From the NCBI GenBank assembly GCA_009103225.1, contig RHPI01001553.1:1-64000 (forward strand): a stretch of DNA of 64,000 nucleotides, in the 5' to 3' direction. Positions 1 to 9,792 of this stretch are shown piece after piece. How positions within the stretch are numbered: position 1 is the first letter of the stretch; the number at the start of each line of letters is the position of its first letter. The position numbers were made by a program, and so were the translations under genes. The stretch comes from Chlorokybus atmophyticus (Eukaryota > Plantae > Mesostigma and Chlorokybus algae). The notes beneath the pieces were generated by a model, which saw only the letters and a program-made list of their open reading frames with translations, made no database searches and was not told where the DNA came from.

Positions 1-84
1 CCTAACCCTAACCCTAACCCTAACCCTAACCCTAACCCTAACCCTAACCCTAACCCTAACCCTAACCCTAACCCTAACCCTAAC
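1..84 (-). repeat. Telomeric repeat (CCCTAA)n / TTAGGG on minus strand
   Basis: About 14 perfect CCCTAA units from position 1, ending abruptly at 84. Confidence 0.95.
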
Positions 85-526
85 AACTTAGCTATACAAG
101 GCTAATGCTATGAAGGCTGGGGTCTATGTGCAATGCAAGACCGAGACAGGCAGGGCAGCGGCAGGACGGCAGGCGCAACTACTAGCAGACGCGCAGCGAG
201 AGAAGCAGAGGGAGAGGGAGAGGAGAGGTTAGGCCCGCGACGACGACGACGACAACCATCACGACCGTGCGAACGTGCCGCCAACCAGCCCCCGCGCAGC
301 CTAGGGGTGTCAGTCGTCTATATACCACTGCCGCAACACAACTCACACCGGCAGACGGCTGTTAGCATAGCCGTTGATACGACACAATACATGAACAAAA
401 TAGGGCAGGGCCCCCATAGACGAACATAAAGCAAGATAGCTGCAGACTTCAGTTGACAACTTGCGTGCGCATAGGATACAACCAACACACCGCGAGACAC
501 CTGTGAGCACACTTACAATGGTGACA
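85..526 (-). mobile_element. Putative LTR-like fragment facing the telomere, truncated by telomeric repeats
   Basis: Minus strand begins TGTCAC at 526, has a TATATAG box at ~318-325, then a pyrimidine-rich tract (RC of 199-230). It runs into TTAGGG without a terminal CA. No second copy in the window. Confidence 0.35.
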
Positions 527-1698
527 TGCTCGTTTCAAACGGTGTTAATGGTTAGCAATGTGCCGAGATGTTTTGCACATTGTTTTTTTAGTGGGCGACA
601 ATAAGGATTGCTATTACTGATTTCGTGCGGAAGCGCATGCTTGTCACGGCGCTGCCCCTCGACACGCACTTTCCCCTCGCATTTCTTCTCACACCAGCAT
701 TGCCCGATCACACCCATATCGAGCGATCCAGATCTCTAACGGCCGGCGCCCCGCTCCGCTAATCAGGGCGTAGTCCTTGTGTCCACGAGCCGCGTGACAG
801 CCGACTGCCAACGCAGGCCTCCATCAATAGGGACGCAGTCCATGTGGCGGCGGGCCGCGTTTACACTCCCCTTAGGCAACTCCCGCCGCAAGCGTCGGCA
901 GTGAGTTGCAAGTAGACGGACTGGAGCAGAAGCGGCGGTGGCACGTCCCGAAGGCAAACCTGTCGGCTCACCTAGAGTCGATGCCAACCCGAGGTTCCGC
1001 AGGAGGAGCACAGCAACACCAGTAGGGCGGTGATAGTTGTGTATGTGTTGTTAGTGTGCCTGTTGTTCCGGCAGTCAATACTTCCCCCAGGACTTTCCGT
1101 TGCTCGTATGCTCGTAAGTATACATCCCCTTTTGTCTCACGCCTGTGGCCATTGCATCTGCTACATGCACATTGCATCATCCCTTCACTGTTTAATCGTG
1201 ACTGCGCTTGCTTGCATTCGCACGCTCGGTGCTTGTAGTGTGTGACCTCGACTTACTTAGCTATTTATACCCGCGTACACTCATCGCGTGACTGCTGTTG
1301 AAGATATTCCTACATCCGGTCAGCCTGCCCTGCATACAAGACAGAAGAGAAGGGACCTCGATGGGAGGACCTCGAAGACTCCGGACATGAGAGGTCCTGG
1401 CGCGGACTGCAGAGAAGGGTCCTAGGAGAATCGTCATATCTCCTAGGATACTCAGTCTTATAGGACGTGGCATAGCTTGTTACAAAGCTTATCAAGTTAG
1501 CTACGTGGCACATCTTACAGCGTAGGATTCGGTTCAGTAGATCGGACGCTGTTGCGTGTAGACCAGCAGTGTGTACAAACTGTGTACTGACTGGCGGGTA
1601 TATAACCCCGCGGTTTGTTAGTAATAAATCGGGAAGTGTGTTGCCTTCTCCTGTGTGTCATTGCTTGCCCTCTTCACTTGCATGCTTGCTTCTCAACA

Positions 1699-1712
1699 GG
1701 TTATGGGCCCAC
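1699..1712 (+). promoter_or_regulatory. Primer binding site for a half tRNA-iMet (also at 16672-16685 and, on the minus strand, 28167-28180)
   Basis: GGTTATGGGCCCAC directly after the LTR is complementary to the anticodon arm of initiator tRNA-Met (GUGGGCCCAUAACC), not to its 3' CCA end. Confidence 0.8.
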
Positions 1713-2014
1713 ACTACGCGTGAAAAGTGTGAGAAAGAGAAAGAAAGCGAAGTGAAGAAAAGTGACAAAGTGCATTGAATCGAAGTCACTCAAGACTGAA
1801 GAGTGAAGAGAAGACTGAAGTCACTCAAGACTGAAGGCGCTGAAGAGTGAAGTGAAGACCGAAGTCATTCAAGACCGAAGTCATTGAAGTCACTCAAGAG
1901 TGAAGTGTAGATTAAAGTTACTGAAGTTAACAAAGTCACTCAAGTCACAACACGTGAAGATTATCAAAGCAAGTCTCAAGTGCTAACTGCAAGAAGAAAG
2001 CAGGCGCGGCAAAG

Positions 2015-5000
2015 ATGGAGGCAAGCTACGATAAGGGGCTGATCACAAAGCTGGACACAAACAATTACAGCACTTGGTGCGTAGAGATGAAGGCACTACT
2101 GATCCACAAGAAGATGTGGAAGTATGTTGATCCGAAGACATCTGCACCAAGAGCAGGAGAAGAAAGCGTTTGGCTTGAACATTCAGTTGAAGCACACTCA
2201 CTAATGGTGCTTAACTGCAAGCCACATCACTTTCCCATGCTCACAGCATGTGAAGATGGCAGACAAGCTTGGGAGAAGCTTGCAGCCGTATTTCAAGCCA
2301 AGAACAACGCCAGAAAGATACAATTACGCAAGCAGCTAAGCGCGCTTCATAAAGAGACGGCCGAGCCGGTCACAAAGTATGTTGCACGTGCGAGAGAGCT
2401 GTGGGCGGACCTCATCAACGTCGGTCACAAGATGGAAGAGACGGAGGTCGTATTGGCGATTGTTGCAGGACTGCCATTAGAGTACGAAGTTGTCGCTACT
2501 CTGCTCGAGACATCGTCATCGGAGCTAACCCTAGACGATGTGCTACCCAAGTTGCTCACTGTGGAGCAACGCGTCTCAAAGAAGGAAGAGCAAGCGGACT
2601 CTGTGGCCTTCTACACACGAGACAAATACAAGAAATTAAGCAACTATGAAGACAAGAACAAGGCGAAAGGCAGCAACTCAAAGTTCAAGAATCTCACATG
2701 CCACTATTGTGGTATTAAAGGACATATCTCAAAGGATTGTCGTAAGCGCCAACGAGAGCAATCTGAAGCAGGCACCAGTAGCAACGCTCAACGCAAAGAA
2801 AAGGGTGTTGCATTTACTGCCTCAAGGAAGTTTGATACAACTTCATGGGCAATTGACTCAGGCTGTGACCAGCATCTCACACCGCACAAGGAGGTGATGG
2901 AGAACTACAGGAAGATGTCAACCACAAGGAAGGTGGAAGGCTTTAGTGGTCACGAGTTGGAAGCAATAGGAGTTGGTGAAGTGAGGCTTCAATGCAAGAT
3001 TGGTGATGGTGAGAGAGAGGTGGTACTGCGTGAAGTATTGCACGTACCTGGAGCTGCTGCAAGCTTGTTTTCTGTGAGAGTTGCTGAGCGCGTGGGAGCT
3101 GAGATAGTGATCCGGGAGGGACGCTGCTCCGTACGCATGGATGGGGTCGAGTACATGGTCGGCACCCAACGAGGAGGGCTCTACATTGTGGAGCAGACTC
3201 ATGGCAGCAAGGCCATGATTGTGAAGGAGAAGGAGACGGCTGAGCTTTGGCATCGAAGGTTCGGGCATTTGGGCTACAGCAACCTCACACGCCTGGTCGC
3301 TGAAGACATGGTGAAGGGCATTACTGGGAGCAAGGAAGATTTTCAAGCGTCTTCAACTACGCTCTGTGAACCCTGTGTGTTGGCCAAGCAGCATCGCATG
3401 CCGTTCTCATCATCTTCTTCAAGTAGCAAACATCCCTGCGAGCTTGTGCACATGGACGTTTGCGGGCCTATGCGCATTGTGGCGAAAGGAGGGGTAAGGT
3501 ACTTTGCAACATTCCTCGACGACTACAGCAAGCTTTCCATCGTCTTCCCTTTGATTCAAAAGTCAGAAGTCGCTGGAGCTGTGCGTACAGTCATTGCATT
3601 GCTTGAGATTCAATCGGGCAAGAAGATGAAAGCAATGAGAAGTGATCGAGGAGGGGAGTACATCAACGCCCAGCTCAAAGAGTTCTTCGCCAGCAAAGGC
3701 ATACGGCATGAGACAACAGCACCATACACTCCGCAGCAGAATGGAGCAGCTGAACGTCTCAACCGAACGTTGTTGGAGCGTGTTCGAGCCATGCTCAATG
3801 ACACCAAGTTGGAGGACAGTCTGTGGAAAGAGGCCGTTCTCACTGCCAACTACATCCGCAACCGTTCACCGATAAGCTCTGAGCAAAAGACTCCGTGGGA
3901 GCTCTTTTACGGTGAAGCGCCAGATGTGAGTGGCATGCGTGTGTTCGGATGTGTGGCATATGCACTTGTGCCAAGTCAATTGCGACACAAGTTGGAGCCG
4001 GTCAGCAAGAAGGGCATCTTCGTTGGCTACGAACCAGGCTCAAAGGCGTACAAGGTCCTACTGGAGGACACGCGCAAGATTGTGGTGAGCAGAGAAGTCG
4101 TGTTCCACGAAGGCTCATCACAAGTTGAAGCTGAAGAAGGTTTCTACCCTCAAGATGAAGATGACAAAGCACAACCTGAAGAGCTTTCAAGCAGAGAAGA
4201 GGTTGAAGGCGAGGCATCAGTCATCAATAAAGAGCAGGGCTCATCTGTAGCAGGCGAGAAGCAGAAGCAGCAGGAGCAAGCTCGACGCTACCCAGTGAGG
4301 GAAAGACAAGCACCTGACTTCTACAAGGCACACATCGCTAGTGTGCACAATGACGAGAGTGAAGAACCAAGCACCTACGAGGAGGCATTGCGAGCACCAG
4401 ATGCAGAACAATGGCAGCGAGCTATGGATGATGAGATTGCATCACTCCATGCCAACAACACATGGGTGTTGGAGAAGCCCCCGCAAGGTGTGAAGCCCAT
4501 TCCGGTCAAGTGGGTGTTCAAGGTGAAGCGTGATGGTCAAGGCAACATCGAGCGCTACAAGGCAAGGTTGGTGGCAAAGGGATTTTTGCAACAAGAAGGT
4601 GTGGATTTCAATGAAGTGTTTGCACCTGCAAGTAAGCATGCAACCTTCCGCACATTGATCGCCATGGTTGCTGCTGAAGACCTCGAGTGTCACCACCTTG
4701 ATGTGAAGACTGCTTTCCTTTACGGAGAGCTGGAGGAAGAGATCTACACCAAGCAACCACCAGGCTACGCAGAAGGGGAGCCAGGCATGGCTTGCAAGTT
4801 GATCAAGGCTTTGTATGGGCTGCGACAAGCACCACGTGTGTGGCACATTCGCCTCACGAAAGAGTTGGAGAAACTCGGCTACAAAGCATCCTCAGCGGAT
4901 CCGGGGCTCTTCATCCATGAAGAGAAGAAGGTTTACTTGCTCGTGTATGTGGACGACATCATCGTCACGGCCAAGCAAGTTGAAGACCTGAAGCAAACGA

Positions 5001-5896
5001 AGCACGGATTGCAGCAAGCATTCGCAGTACGCGACCTTGGAGAGGTCAAGTTATTTCTTGGCATGGTGATAGAGCGTGACAGAGCAGCACGCACAATCAA
5101 GATCAGCCAAGAGCAGATGGTGAAGCAACTTGTCACCAAGTTCGGACTCAACGAAGCAAAGACCAAGTCTACTCCATTGGCACTCGGCACCAACCTCGTC
5201 AAAGCGAAAGATGAGGAAGTACTCGACAAGGCTCAGTATCCCTATGGTGAGCTTGTTGGGAGTATGCTCTACCTAGCAGTGTGCACAAGACCCGACATCG
5301 CACATGCAGTTGGAGTGCTTGCGCGCTACATGTCTGCACCAAGCATGGAGCACTGGCGTGCAGCGAAGGGAGTATTGCGCTACGTGGCTGGAAGCGCAAG
5401 TGTTGGCATCAAGTTTGGTTGCGGAAGCACAGAGATGGAGGGCTATTGCGACGCAGACTTTGCAGGTGACCTCGATAGCAGGAGGTCCACCACGGCGTAC
5501 GTCTTCAAGTTGAATGGAGGCGTGGTGAGCTGGAACAGTAGGCTGCAACCTACAACAGCAGCATCTACTTCGGAAGCGGAGTACATGGCAGCATCGGCTG
5601 CAGTGAAGGAGGCGTTATGGCTTCGCAAGCTGATGGCAGATCTGGAGCACCCGATGGCGTGTATCACGATCAACTGCGACAACCAAGGCGCCATCAAGTT
5701 GCTGAAGCACCCCATTGCCTCGACAAGGACAAAGCACATTGATGTCATGCATCACTTTGTGCGAGACAGAGTCACACGCAAGGAGGTTGAGTTCCAATAT
5801 TGCAATACGGAAGACATGCTCGCGGACTTCATGACGAAGCCACTGTCACCGCTGAAGTTCAAGGCATGTTGCAAGGGACTCGGCATATGTGCTTAG
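2015..5896 (+). CDS. gag-pol: Copia Gag-Pol polyprotein, 1293 aa
   Basis: Zn knuckle CHYCGIKGHISKDC, protease IDSG, integrase HHCC and D-D-E (VHMDVCG, RSDRGGEY, NGAAER), RT YVDD, RNase H (CDADFAG, EAEY, CDNQ), in Copia order with INT before RT. Confidence 0.97.
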   Translation: MEASYDKGLITKLDTNNYSTWCVEMKALLIHKKMWKYVDPKTSAPRAGEESVWLEHSVEAHSLMVLNCKPHHFPMLTACEDGRQAWEKLAAVFQAKNNARKIQLRKQLSALHKETAEPVTKYVARARELWADLINVGHKMEETEVVLAIVAGLPLEYEVVATLLETSSSELTLDDVLPKLLTVEQRVSKKEEQADSVAFYTRDKYKKLSNYEDKNKAKGSNSKFKNLTCHYCGIKGHISKDCRKRQREQSEAGTSSNAQRKEKGVAFTASRKFDTTSWAIDSGCDQHLTPHKEVMENYRKMSTTRKVEGFSGHELEAIGVGEVRLQCKIGDGEREVVLREVLHVPGAAASLFSVRVAERVGAEIVIREGRCSVRMDGVEYMVGTQRGGLYIVEQTHGSKAMIVKEKETAELWHRRFGHLGYSNLTRLVAEDMVKGITGSKEDFQASSTTLCEPCVLAKQHRMPFSSSSSSSKHPCELVHMDVCGPMRIVAKGGVRYFATFLDDYSKLSIVFPLIQKSEVAGAVRTVIALLEIQSGKKMKAMRSDRGGEYINAQLKEFFASKGIRHETTAPYTPQQNGAAERLNRTLLERVRAMLNDTKLEDSLWKEAVLTANYIRNRSPISSEQKTPWELFYGEAPDVSGMRVFGCVAYALVPSQLRHKLEPVSKKGIFVGYEPGSKAYKVLLEDTRKIVVSREVVFHEGSSQVEAEEGFYPQDEDDKAQPEELSSREEVEGEASVINKEQGSSVAGEKQKQQEQARRYPVRERQAPDFYKAHIASVHNDESEEPSTYEEALRAPDAEQWQRAMDDEIASLHANNTWVLEKPPQGVKPIPVKWVFKVKRDGQGNIERYKARLVAKGFLQQEGVDFNEVFAPASKHATFRTLIAMVAAEDLECHHLDVKTAFLYGELEEEIYTKQPPGYAEGEPGMACKLIKALYGLRQAPRVWHIRLTKELEKLGYKASSADPGLFIHEEKKVYLLVYVDDIIVTAKQVEDLKQTKHGLQQAFAVRDLGEVKLFLGMVIERDRAARTIKISQEQMVKQLVTKFGLNEAKTKSTPLALGTNLVKAKDEEVLDKAQYPYGELVGSMLYLAVCTRPDIAHAVGVLARYMSAPSMEHWRAAKGVLRYVAGSASVGIKFGCGSTEMEGYCDADFAGDLDSRRSTTAYVFKLNGGVVSWNSRLQPTTAASTSEAEYMAASAAVKEALWLRKLMADLEHPMACITINCDNQGAIKLLKHPIASTRTKHIDVMHHFVRDRVTRKEVEFQYCNTEDMLADFMTKPLSPLKFKACCKGLGICA

Positions 5897-6690
5897 GTGA
5901 AAGAAGACCAAGCGTTGGAGGCCAAGCTGCCCGCGTGGGAGTGTTGAAGATATTCCTACATCCGGTCAGCCTGCCCTGCATACAAGACAGAAGAGAAGGG
6001 ACCTCGATGGGAGGACCTCGAAGACTCCGGACATGAGAGGTCCTGGCGCGGACTGCAGAGAAGGGTCCTAGGAGAATCGTCATATCTCCTAGGATACTCA
6101 GTCTTATAGGACGTGGCATAGCTTGTTACAAAGCTTATCAAGTTAGCTACGTGGCACATCTTACAGCGTAGGATTCGGTTCAGTAGATCGGACGCTGTTG
6201 CGTGTAGACCAGCAGTGTGTACAAACTGTGTACTGACTGGCGGGTATATAACCCCGCGGTTTGTTAGTAATAAATCGGGAAGTGTGTTGCCTTCTCCTGT
6301 GTGTCATTGCTTGCCCTCTTCACTTGCATGCTTGCTTCTCAACAACTGCTGTGTGCATTCTCCAAGCGTCCTTGTGTAGGAGCTTGTTAACTTGCAACTC
6401 ACTCCACAGCATCGAGTCATCGCTTTCGTTGTGTGTACTCGTATTTGCCTTGCTTGCGCTCTTTGCGTGCGGTGTGCATGCCTCACAGGAGTCAGGGACT
6501 CAGCTGGGGAGCACGCAGAGCAAGGTCATTCAGAGGCTTGAGGCGGGTTGAGTCGGCCACATCATTGGCAAACGTCACCCCGGATTCTTCCTCTCCCTCA
6601 GCTGGCGGAGTGGGCATCGACAACCCACTCACGGCTGCAACATACTGTCTTCCTTCCTTTGTGGACCTCAGCTTCGACAGCGAAGAAGAC

Positions 6691-9600
6691 ATGGCTGCCA
6701 CCGACGGCAACCGCAATCATGGAGGAAGCAGCAGCGGCAACAGGAAGCTCGTCTTTACCGGCTCGGCAAACTCCATTTCTCTTAGGGAATGGATCAACCG
6801 CTTCAACTCCATTGTACTCGCTGTCAAGATCCGAGCCAACAACAGCTGGAACGACCACCAAAAGTTCCGTCTCGCTGCTGACTACTTGGATGACGTCGCC
6901 GCGGCCGTGTGGCACGAAGTCGCCACCGCCCACGACCTTCTTGAAGATGAGAGACTTCTCCGTTCCAGCTCTGGTCCCGGTCCGGTCAAATTAGCTGCGG
7001 AGAGGTTGGGCGCTCCGCGCGCACAACCTGTGGCGCCCAGAGTCGCATCAAGGACTCTACGGGAAACCACCCCGGCTCAAACCGAGGTAACCGACACCAG
7101 GAGCAGCACATCCGGGGTCACCACCACCGTCACCCAGCCCTTTGTGGCACCCACAATGCTGGATGGCGAAACCCCTGTGGACTACGCCAACAGGTGCCAA
7201 GCAGCCTGTGCGGCCTACGCCCTCGCGTTGACGACCGCGGTCAACAACACCTCCCCTCCAGCAGCACGTCCACTACCTGTTGCTGAGATCAGGACTGAGG
7301 CAGTGACTCCACTGTCTCCTTGGGAGGATCTCATCACGCGGCTAAATCACCGCTTCCCTGCCTACACTGCTGAAAAGGCTCAAGAGCTTATTCGGCTTAG
7401 GCGAAAGCACCGAGAGACCCCTGTCCAGTTCTACGAGCGCGTCGTCAGGCTGGTCGACGAGACCACCTTGGGCGGCATGCCTCTTGTCAATGTCCAGCAT
7501 GTGGCTATCGTGTACGTGGAGAATCTCGAAGAAAACCTCCGTAAGCACGTGAAGACTGACCTGGCCGGCACCCCCGGCTACTCTCTGTGGCAGGCATACA
7601 CGAGCGCCGTACACTGGCATGAGGAGATGGTGCAGGAGTTGGCGGCATTGGAGATTAGCGGCCTCGCACGTCGAAGCAGTGGCATCACTCCCGCTTCAAC
7701 CTCTGCACCGCCCAAACACACACGTGCGGCACATGCCGCCGTGCACATGGATGACAACTCCCACTTGACTTGTCACAGGTGCGGCAAGAAGGGACACTTC
7801 CTCAAAAAGTGCCCAATCCAACGTGCTGACGCTCACTGCGATCATTGCGGCATGGACGGGCATCTGGAGGTCGTCTGCTACACCCTCCACCCAGAACTCA
7901 GGGAAGCCCTGAGAACAAACTCCACTAGTGGCGGTGCCAACACCAGCCACCACAAGACCAGCTCCAACATCAAGTGGAGCAAGGGGAAAGAAAAGGCTGG
8001 TCCAGCCAGCAACAGCAAGCAGAAGGGCAAGGTCGCCAAGGTAGCCTCCGCCATCAAAGGCGCACCCGACCTTCAGGGCGAGAAGGACGCGCTTCTGGCG
8101 CAGATCGAGGACCTCCGCAGCCGTCGAGACGAGCTGAAAGATCTCCTCAACTGCAAGAACCTAGCAGCTTGCTCCGTGCCGTCGCGTAGGTTCTTGGGAA
8201 CCACCACCCGCTCGGGTCGCAGGACCACCCCTGAGTGTGACCGGTCGAGATCCCCTCCCGCACAGCGCCAGCGTGTGGAGTCCCTAAGGCACCACCAGTG
8301 GTTGACCCCGTGGCACCCGCACCGCCCTCACTAGCAGACTTACTTCAGCCTGGCATGGCTGGCAACGCTCAACGCTAGGGACTCATGCAGGAACGATGGC
8401 AAGCGCTTGTCCGAGCCCACAGGCTGCCCTCAAGTCGTTTGCAACAACAACCACGGGAGTTGCCACAGGAGGACGGACACCTGGCCAGCCGCACCCTCGC
8501 GTTCGCCACCGAGTTGGCGCGGATCTACTTCAGGACCCCTCTGGAACCCAGCGAGGATGCGGCACGGCCAGCTTGGATCACCGAACACCTCACGCTTCTC
8601 ATTCAAAAGGTGGTGCTCGCACCAGCGAACCCAGCCGACACAACCAGGGAGCAGGCCTTGCACAACAGCCTGCAATAGCTGCCCAACCACCTGCCACCCT
8701 TCACCCTGGCTAGCGCCCTTTTTTGGATGCTAAGCTTGGCCGACAACACTGAAGCTGGACAGCGGACAAGGGATGAGATGAACTGGTCGCGGCGACTTGC
8801 CCAACATCGTTTGGCTTTGGCCCGCCTGGCCACCAGGTGGCCACGCACCTCTCCTTTCCTTCAACCTCTGCGACCACCCCACCTCAGCACCAGACACCTC
8901 CCTCTCACCCGGGAGGAGCGCGACACGCAACAACGGTGGGAAGCAGCCGTAAACCGTTACGAGGACTTGCGCGCAGCCCTGCTGCTGGAGCATCGCCGGG
9001 TTGCAAGGGGGGAACCAGCCCCTACGACAGCAACACGGGAGCAGGAGTTTTAAGCCCGGCTGCAGCATGAACTCCAGGAGGCCACCCATGGCCTCCTGTG
9101 GCCACGCGTATGGCCATCCCCTGAGAACGTGGAGCGCTGGGCACTTCACACACTCGAGGCCACCCAGCGTGACCCATTCTTAGCAGATGACCTGGACCCC
9201 GTCCTGCCCGCGGACGACCTGGCAGGGCTTGACTACCTGGTCACCGACAGGGTACAGGAGATGGCGCAGCGAGTTCACCTCGTCCCCGACGATGCACAAC
9301 TCACTGCACCCCTGCAGCGACGGCTCCGAGCTTTCACAAGCGCCGAGGATTGTGTCATCCGAGATGTGCTTGAAGGTTTCTACGTTCGGCAAGATAGGAA
9401 CCACGAACCCCGGGGGCGCCTCCATGATTTAGCGCAACGATGGCTCATCACCCTGGCCAACCGCGGTACAGTGGCCTGCGACCTCATGGATGGTCAACCA
9501 TTCGCTCTTCAACCACGCATGGACTTTACAACCCCACTGCTGGAAGAGGACCCTCAGCCCAGCACACAAGCACGTGCAGCTGCACACCACCCGGACGCGC

Positions 9601-9792
9601 TGCTTCCACCATCGCCGCCCCGGCCTACGCCAGTGGCCGCCACTCTCCCTCTACCTGAGGACGCCACCTTGCTTCAACAGGTAGTCGGCGACATGCCCAC
9701 CAACGCCGCCGAGCTCGGTGCATACGTTCGGCAGATGTACCACCTCGAATCCTTGTGGCGTGCAGTCCACAACGGTGAAGTGCCACCGCTGC
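6691..9792 (+). pseudogene. gag: Gypsy A gag and start of a long uncharacterised region (frameshift near 8300-8380, stops at 8678 and 9053)
   Basis: Tandem knuckles CHRCGKKGHFLKKC and CDHCGMDGHLEVVCYTLHPELR are homologous to those of Gypsy B. ORFs 8385, 8727 and 9129 share one frame. Start codon at 6691 is a guess. Confidence 0.7.

Larger units (their letters stand above)
1296..6344 (+). mobile_element. Intact Ty1/Copia LTR retrotransposon (Copia-1)
   Basis: 403-bp LTRs at 1296-1698 and 5942-6344 (TGTTG...CAACA), identical by eye. 5-bp TSD ACTGC at 1291-1295 and 6345-6349. PBS follows the 5' LTR; CGTGGGAG precedes the 3' LTR. Confidence 0.97.

Noticed and set aside
6555-6590. PBS for Gypsy A (CCACA-TCAT-TGGCAAACG...)
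   Set aside because: Spacing and sequence do not match a tRNA 3' end I can identify, so A's LTR boundary is left undefined.
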